Positions 11,089-21,822 of a stretch of 64,000 bases of DNA are shown here, in pieces. A model generated the notes under the pieces. That model was given only the letters and a program-made list of their open reading frames with translations, did no database searches and had not been told where the DNA came from. The position numbers and the translations under genes were made by a program. Origin of the DNA: Schizochytrium sp. TIO01 (lineage: Eukaryota; Protista; Bigyra: Labyrinthulomycetes). Within the stretch, counting starts at the first letter, position 1, and the number at the start of each line of letters is the position of its first letter. The stretch is from contig SMSO01000031.1 of NCBI GenBank assembly GCA_004764695.1, positions 1,960,436 to 2,024,435 of the forward strand, written 5' to 3'.

Positions 11089-11759
11089 GGCCCAATATAC
11101 TAGATTTTACTACCTATCATAATTTTACTACTTTTTGACCGCTAAACTGATTTCCAGAGCATTTTTTCCCATGTTTGAAGCATTTCGCTCTTCGAGAGAA
11201 CACGCGGACATTCTATGAATATAGTTCATCCCTCGCCAAAAGAAAAGCTCAATGTGGAACATCTCCATCTGCAAACGCCGCGAAGTACTTGTCAAAAATT
11301 GACTCTAGAGAACAGAAAAGAAATCGTTTTGCCTTTCCATAACCAAGCTAGTTATTGCTTCTGGTCGCCTACTAGCGTGCCATCAAACAAATGCTGATAA
11401 ATCTATGCCACATTTATAAGAACGAGTTCTGAAGGTAAGTAGCTAAGCTACTTTCTGCCAGATCGCAGCACAAACTAGACGGCCCTTCATTCATGTCAAG
11501 TTCCCTAAATGGCCTTAACAATAAAATGAAACAAAATAAAATAAAACAAATTGAAATGAATTAAATCGTTTATATTTAAGCTATGGAGTATTTTAACATT
11601 AAAAAGTAAATCAACAGCGCTCGCCGAACAATCTATTGTCTCCAATCAACTTGAACTTCAAGCCGTGCGACGTCACCCTTGAGTGCTTGCAAAGCACCGG
11701 CCTGACTCTGTGACGTCGCCGAGGCAATTGTGCCTGAATTAAAGCAAACGAATAACTGC

Positions 11760-12780
11760 ACGAGAATAACAGGATTTCGTTCGCAGGTTGTCTTATTCGT
11801 TCGCAGAAGTTGCCCTTTAAGTTACAACTGAAATGTCTCGCTCGGTCTATGGACGTCTTTCGTCTGCGTGCAACCTCAGCCCTGTGATCATCTCAGGTCA
11901 GTCTTTGCTCTTGGGCGGCACATGAAATGAATTGGGTACGAGCACTGGGATTTAGTTCTTCACGAGGTACCGAGGAGTCGGCAGTTGTTGCAGATGGTCA
12001 CTAGAAAGTTGGAACGTCAAGATGGCTCCCGTTTTCAGCGCTTGAGCGGTATCCATCCGCCAGTCAGTCTGATTCCAATGCGATAAATCTCCAAGCAGCG
12101 CTCCATCGATCTCTCGGCCGCTCCCGTCTGCAGCAGCTGCTGCATCTACGCCACGCGAAACTGATGATCGATCACAAACCCCTCCCTCGCCTGCGAGAAA
12201 GAATAGGTTGCGCTTTACATTGGGAATCCGAGTGCTTTACATTCCAGCAGTTACTGCTTCTGGAGGTGGCGTGGAGAATGACGTTGTACGTATTCAGAGC
12301 TCCATGGCTTGGTTGAAGTCGTCTCCAGCGCCCTTTTGGTGGCCTCAGGCTCGTCGTGGTTGAGATCCTCAGTGTGCAAGAGCTTTGATCAGCGCTCTGC
12401 ACGCGAGCAAGCGTGCCTTTCAGCCAGAATTGCTCTCTTGTAACCTTCACGTGACCTGAACTCACTCAGACATTGTCGAGACTGCCATAGAGCTTTCTTG
12501 ACGACTGCGTAGAGGCCACACAGCTCTGTGGCTCTTGAAAGTACTGCATGCACTGCGTCTGCTCGATATCCACGAGCTGAGCGAGAATCGATCGCTTCGC
12601 CAAATTGCCCTGCGGTGATCAAGTGAACAATAAGAAGAGCTGAAGCTCGAATTGCCGCTCGGGTATGGGCTCTTGTCCAGTCATTCATGCCACTCTCAAG
12701 TCGCATCAACGTCTTCGCATTGGAGGAGGCGCTGTTGTTTTGAGCAACGTCTGTCACTCTGAACTGGTTGACACATTCCA
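11760..12780 (-). pseudogene. Possible degraded gene
   Basis: The minus-strand frame (MECVNQFRV...SRAER*SKLLHTEDLNHDEPEATKR...QKQ*) continues with coding-like composition through several stops. No family recognised. Confidence 0.25.
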
Positions 12781-13870
12781 TTCCAAGGCTGAGCGATACG
12801 AAACAAAGAGTCTTCCTCCGGAATTTCCCGAGTCGCCAATCTCCATATCCACCAAAATCATTAAATCCCTCCAACGATCCCCTGCAAGCCTTGCCGAATT
12901 TGCTTCCACTCTGCGAGGCTTCCAGCTCGCGAGCCACGTGGAAAGCGACTGTTGATTGAGGAAATTGGTCGATTGATTTGATTGATTTCATCGATCGATT
13001 TGATCGATTGATTTCATCAACCAATTGATTATCAAAATTGATCTTAGAAACTCTTTTTTATTTCATGTTAAAATAAATAAATAAATATATAAATAAGTAA
13101 ATAAGTATAAATAAGTATAAATAAGTATAAATAAGTAAATAAGTAAATAAAAAACCTAAGCTGTGGCAGCTCTTAAATAGCAACTCATCCTAAACTTCGC
13201 ACGACCGTCGAGGTACTGCAGGTTCTCTCAAACCCACAACCCCAGATTAATCTTGGATATCTACGCGTCGAAACTGAGAAGGAGGTGTTTGAGACACGCT
13301 CATCGCGTACTGCGTCGAGCACCTTATCTACAACCTCGACTCGGTCGGAGTTTGAGGCGGGTTATTCTAGCAACTTGATTTCTCTCTAGCTAGTCTTCTG
13401 CATCAAGTTCGGTGGTGCTCTGTGGCGTCCTCAACTTGGTCTTCACTGTCAACAACAACTTCTGCACCAGTACCTTTAATTCACGAAACTAGCAAAACTC
13501 AAACACGGACCTCTTCCTAAGTGCATCGGGGTGGTTGGACGCCGCGTGTCGGCATCCCGGCCATTTAATCCGGGACTCGCGAACCTCAAGTTTTCCACTG
13601 TGAGATTTGGTTTCGTTGGGTTTCTCCTTGACGATTCATTCGCTTTTTCTCAGTTCTCCAAGCCAAGGTATCATAGAAGTACTCTTGAGTGAGTATCAAA
13701 TCAGATAAATTGGTGTGCCCAATCCCCCGCCCCCTCCGGGTTGTATGAAGGATTTCAACATCCCTAGGAATCGCAACTTTCTCCAGATTAGGATCGAAGG
13801 AAACAAATCCAAAATACTTCTGAATAAGTATTAACATCTTTGCTTGCGAATTCTACAGCAAAAAACAAAG

Positions 13871-16800
13871 ATGACTGCAATGATTGCTCAAATTTTTGTA
13901 GGCGGCATGACCTGTGGTAACTGCGCTGCTACTGTAACACGTGCGAGCGAGGCCCTTGATGGTGTACGGTCGTGTGTAGTAAATGTGGTTTCAGGCACAG
14001 CCGAGGTGAAGTTTGATGGCACCGTCGTGAACGTAGACCGCGTGGTCGAGGCCATCGAGGACGTTGGATTTGAAGCTGAAGTCGCCTTCGTTCGCGAAGA
14101 CAACTCTGCTGCCAAAAACCGCCGTGCACGAGCTAGCTTTCGTCTTGGTGGTTTAACCTGCTCCTCGTGTGCTAATGCTGTTGAGAAAGCTGTACGCAAA
14201 CTTGACGGCGTAGACCCTGCACACATCTCCGTTGCTGTCCTGCCAGAAAACCGCCTTGATGTGCGCTTAGATCTCGATAAAACTTCTGCGCAGCAGGTTG
14301 TTGAGGCTGTAGAGAGCATAGGTTTCGAAGCCGAGCTTGAAACTTGCCATGAGGACAAAGACCGTAGTCAGGAGGACTTTGTCGTACGGACAATTATCCT
14401 TCGACTTGCCAAAAATGCTGGCGCTGCGAAGAGATACATTGAAGCGCTTCCTGGAGTCAAGTCTATCAACAAGGTTGAAGACCCGAAAGCCACCAAGAAG
14501 AGACGTAAAAATGCACAGCAGAACCAAGGCCGGCTGACCAACGGAACATTAGGCGAAGTTCCAGACCTGGAGCAGCGCTTGTTGGACGACCAGGGTCCTG
14601 AGGGTGGTGACTTAGAGGTCATTTTTGATGACCGCGTGCTGAAGCTTCGAAAGCTGCGTCAAGATCTTCTTCGCGAAGACGGAGCCGTGCAGTGTGAGTC
14701 CTTAGAAATTATGGATCGCACAAGCTTCGCTATGCACCATCGTGCATCAGAGGACCGTCGCCAAGCAGAAATGGATAATTGGTGGCGTGACCTTAAGTTC
14801 GCACTCATTTTTGCAGTTCCAGTTTTTACTGTTTCTATGGTTCTTTGCAACTTCCCAGCACCAGTTTCAACGTGGCTCATGAGCGAATGTTTTGCTGGAA
14901 TCACATGGGAGGAAGCTATTTGTTGGGTACTTGCAACGCCTGTGCAATTTGTGTCAGGCGCGCGCTTCTACAGAGAAGCATGGCATTCTATCCACTCCGG
15001 GTCTCTCGGTATGGCAATTCTCGTCGTGCTTGGAACATCAACTGCTTATGGCTACAGCGTCTTCGCAGTTCTTTACAATGCTAGCATGCCAACCAGCATG
15101 GAACGTCCTCGTCTCATGCAAATGTTTGAAAGTTCTGCTTTGTTGATCTCATTTGTTCTCTTGGGTAAATATCTCGAAGCCCAGGCCAAGGCATCCACCT
15201 CGGTTGCAATTGACAAGCTTGCTAAACTTACACCTGACACAGCACGCATCCTTACTGATGACGGAAAGGATGAGGAGGAAACAAGTCTTGTGCTCCTGCA
15301 ACGAGACGATATTGTCATCGTGCGACCTGGAGAACGCATTGCCTGTGATGGAACCATCGAGCATGGCTCAGCGTCCATCGATGAATCCATGCTTACAGGT
15401 GAATCGGTCCCTGTAAACAAGAAGAAGGGAGATGAGGTTATTGGAGGTACCATCTGTGTGGATGGATCTTTGCAGGTTCGCGTTTCTGTTACTGGCGAAG
15501 GATCGACACTGGCGCAGATCATCCAACTTGTCGAAAAGGCCCAAACCTCAAAAGCCCCTATTCAAGTTGTTGCAGACCGTATCGCGGGACGTTTTGTGCC
15601 CTTTGTGCTTTGCTGCTCTGTTTTGACATTTGTGTTTTGGCTTGCTCTACTCAAGTCAGGCCTCATTGATGAAGCCAAGGCCAGCTGGCCTTACCACAAC
15701 GAGGGTCTTAATGACACTACTTTTGCACTTCTATTTGGTATTTCTGTGCTGGTCATTGCATGCCCGTGTGCCCTCGGTTTGGCAACGCCCACTGCCGTGA
15801 TGGTTGGCTCTGGCGTTGGTGCTGAACATGGTATCCTCATCAAGGGTGGCGAGGCCCTGGAGATTGCTTCGAAGGTTACTGCCGTTGTTTTTGATAAAAC
15901 AGGTACCTTAACAGAGGGCGCACCTTCGGTGGATGAGATAATGCTTCTCTCCAACCGATTGTATGTAAGTCCGAATCACCAAGCCAAAACCTGTGGCGAG
16001 AGTCTTTCTATGTTGGATTTTGAATCTTCAGAAACAGGCCCTGCCGCAGTGGCTCACGATAAAGCACACGTAAATGACGCACGTGACTCGGTAATGCGAA
16101 ATGTCATGTTTTTTGCAGCCTGCGCAGAAAATGGAAGTGAACACCCTCTTGCTCGTGGAATTCTTGCAAAGGCAAAATCACTCGGTATCGGCCCCGCCCC
16201 ATCTGCATCAGACAATGCTTCAAGTTCTTCAGGCGCAACCAAAACCTCTGATCGGCTTGAGCTTATCCCTGCGCAAGATTTTGTAAGTGAAGCAGGGCGC
16301 GGCGTTCAGTGCATCGTGGGAAAGCATATGGTACACTTGGGTAACCGCCGCAGTCTGGAATCTAACAAGATTGAAGTTCGCGACGGCACCAACGAGGCTA
16401 TGGAGTATCTTGAGTCGCGCGGAATGACGGCAGTTTGTGTCTCTGTAGACGGCAAAACGGAAGCAGTTCTTGGGTTGATTGACCGAGCGCGAGATGAGGC
16501 TGCCCAGACTGTTAGCGCTTTGCAGCACGTCTTAGGAGTCCAAGTTTACATGCTTACAGGAGACAACTCTCGTACAGCTGCTGTTGTAGCCGCAGATATC
16601 GGAATTGATCTTGCGAATGTAGTCGCCGATGTGCTTCCTGCTGACAAGGTTGCTTGTATTGAACGTCTTCAGCGCGAAGCACCTAAAAATGGAGCTGGCA
16701 GAAGTGTTATTGCCATGGTGGGCGATGGCATTAACGATTCCCCGGCTCTCGCTCAAGCTGATATTGGTATTGCTGTTGGTGCTGGCACGGATGTAGCTAT

Positions 16801-17368
16801 TGAGGCTGCTGGTCTTGTATTGGTGAATTCCAAGCTTACGGATGTTCTCATTGCAATTGATTTAGCGCGTGTCATCTATTCTCGTATCCGCTGGAACTTT
16901 GTTTGGGCGTTGGGTTACAACACCTTGGCAATTCCACTGGCCGCGGGTGTGCTTTATCCTTTTATTCACGTGGCCCTTCCACCGTTTGTTGCTGCTGCTG
17001 CGATGGCCCTTTCTTCAATTTCCGTAGTGACAATGTCTCTTCTTTTGAAACGCTATAAACCACCAAAGATTGCGCAGCGCAAGTATGGGCGAACGTTGCG
17101 TAATGGAACGTTGGGACTTGAGTCCTTGGATATTATTATTAGATCGCAGCACAAACAGGAGGTTCAAGTTCGGTGTGTGAACATGCAAAACGGTCTCCCA
17201 TGTGCCTGTCCTCCTGAAACTTGCGAGTGTGCAGACTGCGAAGAACATGCTGTCAAGTCAACTCGTGAAGTTTTTATGCCTGGATGCGCTCGTGCATTTG
17301 GCGGTTCGTGCAACTGTGGCAAGAATTGTAGTTGTGGCGAATCCTGCACTTGTGGGCAATCCGAATGA
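13871..17368 (+). CDS. ATP7: Copper-transporting P1B-type ATPase (ATP7/HMA5/CopA family) with a Cys-rich C-terminal tail
   Basis: Two HMA motifs (GMTCGNC, GLTCSSC), TGES, CPCALGLATP, DKTGT, SEHPL, GDGINDSP, YN and MALSS Cu(I) ligands. ATG at 13871 (aaagATG). Confidence 0.96.
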   Translation: MTAMIAQIFVGGMTCGNCAATVTRASEALDGVRSCVVNVVSGTAEVKFDGTVVNVDRVVEAIEDVGFEAEVAFVREDNSAAKNRRARASFRLGGLTCSSCANAVEKAVRKLDGVDPAHISVAVLPENRLDVRLDLDKTSAQQVVEAVESIGFEAELETCHEDKDRSQEDFVVRTIILRLAKNAGAAKRYIEALPGVKSINKVEDPKATKKRRKNAQQNQGRLTNGTLGEVPDLEQRLLDDQGPEGGDLEVIFDDRVLKLRKLRQDLLREDGAVQCESLEIMDRTSFAMHHRASEDRRQAEMDNWWRDLKFALIFAVPVFTVSMVLCNFPAPVSTWLMSECFAGITWEEAICWVLATPVQFVSGARFYREAWHSIHSGSLGMAILVVLGTSTAYGYSVFAVLYNASMPTSMERPRLMQMFESSALLISFVLLGKYLEAQAKASTSVAIDKLAKLTPDTARILTDDGKDEEETSLVLLQRDDIVIVRPGERIACDGTIEHGSASIDESMLTGESVPVNKKKGDEVIGGTICVDGSLQVRVSVTGEGSTLAQIIQLVEKAQTSKAPIQVVADRIAGRFVPFVLCCSVLTFVFWLALLKSGLIDEAKASWPYHNEGLNDTTFALLFGISVLVIACPCALGLATPTAVMVGSGVGAEHGILIKGGEALEIASKVTAVVFDKTGTLTEGAPSVDEIMLLSNRLYVSPNHQAKTCGESLSMLDFESSETGPAAVAHDKAHVNDARDSVMRNVMFFAACAENGSEHPLARGILAKAKSLGIGPAPSASDNASSSSGATKTSDRLELIPAQDFVSEAGRGVQCIVGKHMVHLGNRRSLESNKIEVRDGTNEAMEYLESRGMTAVCVSVDGKTEAVLGLIDRARDEAAQTVSALQHVLGVQVYMLTGDNSRTAAVVAADIGIDLANVVADVLPADKVACIERLQREAPKNGAGRSVIAMVGDGINDSPALAQADIGIAVGAGTDVAIEAAGLVLVNSKLTDVLIAIDLARVIYSRIRWNFVWALGYNTLAIPLAAGVLYPFIHVALPPFVAAAAMALSSISVVTMSLLLKRYKPPKIAQRKYGRTLRNGTLGLESLDIIIRSQHKQEVQVRCVNMQNGLPCACPPETCECADCEEHAVKSTREVFMPGCARAFGGSCNCGKNCSCGESCTCGQSE

Positions 17369-18796
17369 AATCTGAAGGAACCGTAAACCTTTACATTTGA
17401 ATGCTCTCCTTTCTAGCAGAAGCAGTAAATAAATTGAGTTCTGTTTTTGCCTGTTTCTTCCTTCTTACATCGATAGGTTTTATTCTATCAGCATTTGTTT
17501 TTTATTCTATTTTTCGGGTTTGCTGACTGATCCCACATGCACAAATAACTCCAACGATGCAGTTTAAGCCACTCCATTAACCTTTTGCTAGGACATATGT
17601 TTCTAGCGTGTAAGTAAGCTGCCTCATTTCCCATTCTGAATTCGCTTTCTTGTATCCTTTTCACAGAGCTAAGGCTCTCTTTTTGCAGTGCCGGCACACG
17701 CCTGCCTTTATTTTTCACAAACGAGCCAGCGAGTGAAATCTTCACAGATCTTGGCTTACACCATCCCATAAAATCGGTCCTCTTTATTCGCATAAGCCAT
17801 AGTTTCGTGGAAAATATTATCTTTACCAAAAAAATCTTCAGATGTGCAATGCTTTCAGGACTCCTTCGCATCGAGTTTTCACATTGCATCAACGTCTCCA
17901 GTTCGTCCGCGACGCACAGCGAAGTCTCCGTCGTATTTCGGCGCAAATAAGCGCCGAAATAGTGCACATGCATGCTTTATCTTTTGTGTTATTCTATTAA
18001 TTTCTAATTTTTTTTCACATAAATCAATTTAAAATAAGAAAAAGATGTAAAAGCTCTTTTATCCGCCACCTTACTGCACATAGTAGCAGTGCTAACATAG
18101 AACTAGTTACTAGTTACTAGCACCCACTCATCATCAGGAGAACTATAATTTCTTTTTAAGCGCGGCAAGGCAAGGTAGTCTTATAGTTAGAGGTAGCTGT
18201 GCATTAAAGTCTTTTTACAAATCTAAAAAATGTAGAATGGAAAGAAAGGAAATTAGTCGAACACAATGCATAAACACACTCTTTGTGAACGAAAGAAAGA
18301 CGAGCGAGCGAGGGCGATCACAATACCTTATCTGAGGGCACCAAAGCTTGCTTGCTTCCCTCTGCTTGCAGCTGCTATTTTTCTGGGAGAGCTGGAGCTT
18401 ACCTGCACTCGATTATTCGTCAGCCTCTGGCCGGAACGCTATAAGCGATTGATCGATTCACTGTCCATTGTTTGTGCGGCACGCGCGAGGTTCCTGCCGA
18501 TCGAGTCCATCTGGACTAGCCCAGCGCCTCCTTTGGCGCTTACAAAGCTCCAGGCCAGACTTATCAACGAAGGTTCCGCGAAGTCACACGTTTGGACTGC
18601 TTTAGTGGTTAGCGCGAGGCTGGTGAGGACAACCCTGATCAGTTAATAAACCAGCTGGGTCTTGATCGTGTACTTGATCATCTTGTGGTATACATTTTTG
18701 GCAATACCTTGTCGAGTTCCAGAGCTCTAAATTTTCAATTTCGAAAAGCTAAGGTCTTGGGTGGTCTGATAGCTTTTGATTGACGCAGATAACATA

Positions 18797-19831
18797 ATGG
18801 CTGGCATGGAAGACCTACCGGAGCGCTTCGGCATTGAGGCAGCGAGCCCGTACTTGCCGCAGCCGATTACGAAGAAGAACACACTTGTGGGCAAGGGCAA
18901 AGTTAAAGACACTGATCTTCGCTGGGGCCTTTCCTCGATGCAGGGGTGGCGCGTGACCATGGAGGATGCCCATGCTCACTCTCTCCCAATTCGCACAAAC
19001 CCTAACATCGGATTCTTTGGTGTTTTTGACGGCCACGGAGGTGATATGGTCGCTAAGTATGTGGCTGCAAACGTGCTGCAGTACATTGAAGCTTCCGATG
19101 CCTATCAGGAATTTCTTGAATATGGTAACGATAACCCTGATGAGCAGGCAACAGCTCTCGCAACGGCTATGATCGAAGGCTTTATTGACTGCGACGAGTC
19201 TATGAAGGAGCTTCATGAGGTACAGACAGGTCAGGACTTCTCGGGCAGCACTGGAGTTGCTGTCTTTGTCACACCCACACATTGGGTTTTTGCTAACACT
19301 GGTGACTCTCGTGCCGTTCTCTTCTCAAATGGTAAGCCCAAGTTTGGCACCAAGGATCAGAAGCCGAACGACCCCGTTGAAGAAGAACGTGTTAAAAATG
19401 CTGGTGGAAGTGTCTTTGAGAACCGTGTGAACGGTGACTTGGCTTCGGCACGCTCGTTTGGAGACTTTCGCTATAAGATTGATGATACGCTTCCGCCTGC
19501 AAAGCAACAAATTAGTGTAGTTCCGGTGACTACAATCATTCCGCGTAGTGAAGAAGACAACTTTGTTGTGATTGCCTGTGATGGTGTGTGGGATGTCATG
19601 AGCAACTTTGAGTGCACAAATCTTGTCCTCGCCGCAATGCAGCTAGGCTGTGGTATTGGCACGGCATGTGAAAAGATCTTGGAGGAGTGTCTTTTGAAAT
19701 CTAGTGGTGATAACATGAGCATCATGCTTGTCTGTCCTCCTGGTGCACCCAAGGAGATTGGCAAGGCAAAGCCCGGTCGCGAGCCGTCTCTCGATGTAAT
19801 TCGTGAAGCCATGATCACAGCTGTGATTTAA
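18797..19831 (+). CDS. Protein phosphatase 2C (PPM1A/B-like)
   Basis: SMQGWRVTMEDAH, FDGHGG, GSTG, NTGDSR, RVNGDLASARSFGDFRYK, ACDGVWDV and GDNMS motifs. First ATG at 18797. Confidence 0.95.
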   Translation: MAGMEDLPERFGIEAASPYLPQPITKKNTLVGKGKVKDTDLRWGLSSMQGWRVTMEDAHAHSLPIRTNPNIGFFGVFDGHGGDMVAKYVAANVLQYIEASDAYQEFLEYGNDNPDEQATALATAMIEGFIDCDESMKELHEVQTGQDFSGSTGVAVFVTPTHWVFANTGDSRAVLFSNGKPKFGTKDQKPNDPVEEERVKNAGGSVFENRVNGDLASARSFGDFRYKIDDTLPPAKQQISVVPVTTIIPRSEEDNFVVIACDGVWDVMSNFECTNLVLAAMQLGCGIGTACEKILEECLLKSSGDNMSIMLVCPPGAPKEIGKAKPGREPSLDVIREAMITAVI

Positions 19832-20467
19832 AAAGAAAGCAAAACCTTGGCGTGCCCTTTGGACCGAGCCACGTTCTTTCTTGAATAGCAACGAGCATTT
19901 CCGCAATGTTCAATATATATTGTTAACCGCCTCTTTGCACATTCGCGCTCCTTTGTTCGGCTCTCTCTGTTCTTTGACGCGAGGTCTTTGGATACTGCAG
20001 GCCAATATTTGCTACCTTTATTGATGTTGAAAATACTTAGCAGCTAGGGCTATCCAGGTAAGCCCAAGCATATATTCGATTCCTATGTTGTTAATGACTT
20101 CCCAATTCCTACTACCTTTTTGTGATTTTGGTACAATTTCCCTTTTTGCTTACTTTCTACTGGAAAAACAAAAACCAATAACAGCCAAATGTGGCCTTAG
20201 TCTTGCTGGTGTACAGCGTTTTTTTGTGAACTTGAAATGGTCTCGTGTTACTCGCGCTTGCCTTTAGGGGCTGATCTTCCGGAACTCCCCCAAGATAATT
20301 TTTAGAATAAAACGAGTCGCAAACTGACGCTTCGCCCATGGTCCAAGCGCTGTCGACCAAAGCTATCAAATGAATTTGTATGGAAAATAACCAAACATGG
20401 ATCCAAGAATGCGTAGATTACATAAAAACTAGGCTTAAATATTTCTGTCTTTTGGCTTGGAAGAAAA

Positions 20468-21472
20468 TTACATGGCTGTTTCATTACCGTCCGCTTCATC
20501 AGGGGTAGATTTGTTATCAATGCCATGTTGCAAGACAGACTCATCGTGATCGATGCGGGGTTCTTCGTCATTTCGCTCAAGAGAATTATCTGCTGCAGAA
20601 GGGAGAGTTACTTGGAATTCATACGAGCCATCCTCGAGACGAATTCCCAGAGCAGTTGAGCATTGTGAACACTCAATGATAATTTCCTCTGGCGACTCTT
20701 CCGCACTAGTTCGTTCTTTGCAATTAAAAGCTTTTGATGCAAGATACCACCCACGATGCGACCGACTTTGCTTCGAATCAAACGCCACTGTTGAGAAACA
20801 CCCCGGACAGCTAAGCAATGCATCAGAATCGTACTCTCCAGTTCTATATTTTTTGTTGACATAGTTTCGGTTCCGCTCATCCTCATCCTCATCATGGAAA
20901 ACATCTTCTTCCTGATCTCGCTCTGCTCGGAGTGCCTCTTCCAGAGCATCTTTGTTCGCCCTTCTGGTCCAGGTTGTTTTTGATGTATTGACTTTCGCTG
21001 GAGTTGGTGAGCATTGTTTCGCACGAGCTTTGTCATTGTCTCCCGTTTCTATGGTGCTGACATCCCAGCTCGGCAAGTTGACATTACTTATCATTGCATT
21101 CTTTTTTTCTGTTTTTGTTACGAAGGGATCCTGATCCGGCCTCCACGCTGTTGTCATTCCCACTTGTTCATTGGCGTGTTTTGGGCGCATGAAATTCCTT
21201 AAAAAATCAATGTCCTGAGCATGGGAAGTAGCCTTCCCACGACTTGAATTCTGATTTCCTCCTAGACCTGTCTCTTCCAATCGCTGCGGTCCTCCTTGGC
21301 TATTCGGCTCGCAACTTTCAGAAAGGTTCTTGCCATCGTAGATGCCGCTTTGCGCCATCGCCTGTGTCAGCTCACCCATAATCCTGAATCCAGTGTCCTC
21401 GCCGTCGCTGCTGTACTCGCTGGCACTGTCTTCGAGCGCCAGCTGCTCTAACGTGTAGTAGTCGCTCGCCAT
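20468..21472 (-). CDS. EAPP: E2F-associated phosphoprotein (EAPP)-like
   Basis: Acidic N-terminus, then DEDERNRNYV...SDALLSCPGCFSTV...NC...CSQCSTALGI...YEF..LPS, matching the EAPP C-terminal two-CxxC domain. Confidence 0.8.
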   Translation of the reverse strand: MASDYYTLEQLALEDSASEYSSDGEDTGFRIMGELTQAMAQSGIYDGKNLSESCEPNSQGGPQRLEETGLGGNQNSSRGKATSHAQDIDFLRNFMRPKHANEQVGMTTAWRPDQDPFVTKTEKKNAMISNVNLPSWDVSTIETGDNDKARAKQCSPTPAKVNTSKTTWTRRANKDALEEALRAERDQEEDVFHDEDEDERNRNYVNKKYRTGEYDSDALLSCPGCFSTVAFDSKQSRSHRGWYLASKAFNCKERTSAEESPEEIIIECSQCSTALGIRLEDGSYEFQVTLPSAADNSLERNDEEPRIDHDESVLQHGIDNKSTPDEADGNETAM

Positions 21473-21822
21473 AGTTGTTCAACGCGGTGCCAGCAATCCC
21501 ATTCTGAAGGCGCTTCCTTCGCTCTACAAATTCTTCTTCTTCATTTCCAACAATTCCTTTCCTAAATGTTATTGATTTGATAGTTTTTTAAAGAGGCCTA
21601 TTGTTACTTTTAGGCTATTATTAATTTTTTCTTAGAGGGATTTCGATTGTCAAACGCAACTGCAGATCTCAATCGAGGTGGTATCTTCTGCTGCCGGTGA
21701 CAGTCCTGGATCCTTGCGTTGGCCTCGCGAACGCACCTTCCCGGCGGCTTGGTCTACCTCTGCTTTGCTTCGCTCTAGTGCCCTTGAGAGGCTTTTTATT
21801 CTATTTGACGCTGCTCGTCGCC
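21473..21822. promoter_or_regulatory. Probable compact bidirectional promoter
   Basis: Only 350 bp, with an AT-rich core, separates the divergent ATGs at 21472 (-) and 21823 (+). Confidence 0.5.

Noticed and set aside
12250-12400. In-frame TGA at 12389 as possible selenocysteine read-through
   Set aside because: The frame hits TAA about 45 codons later, with no redox motif or recognisable SECIS. A pseudogene or noise is more likely.
17488-17973. 161-aa minus-strand ORF convergent with the ATPase
   Set aside because: AT-rich, lacks the codon bias of neighbouring genes and has no motif. A young orphan gene cannot be fully excluded.
18598-18650. tRNA A-box-like TAGTGGTTAGC
   Set aside because: No T-arm/B-box (GTTCRA) or acceptor stem follows. 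I found no tRNA or rRNA gene in the window.
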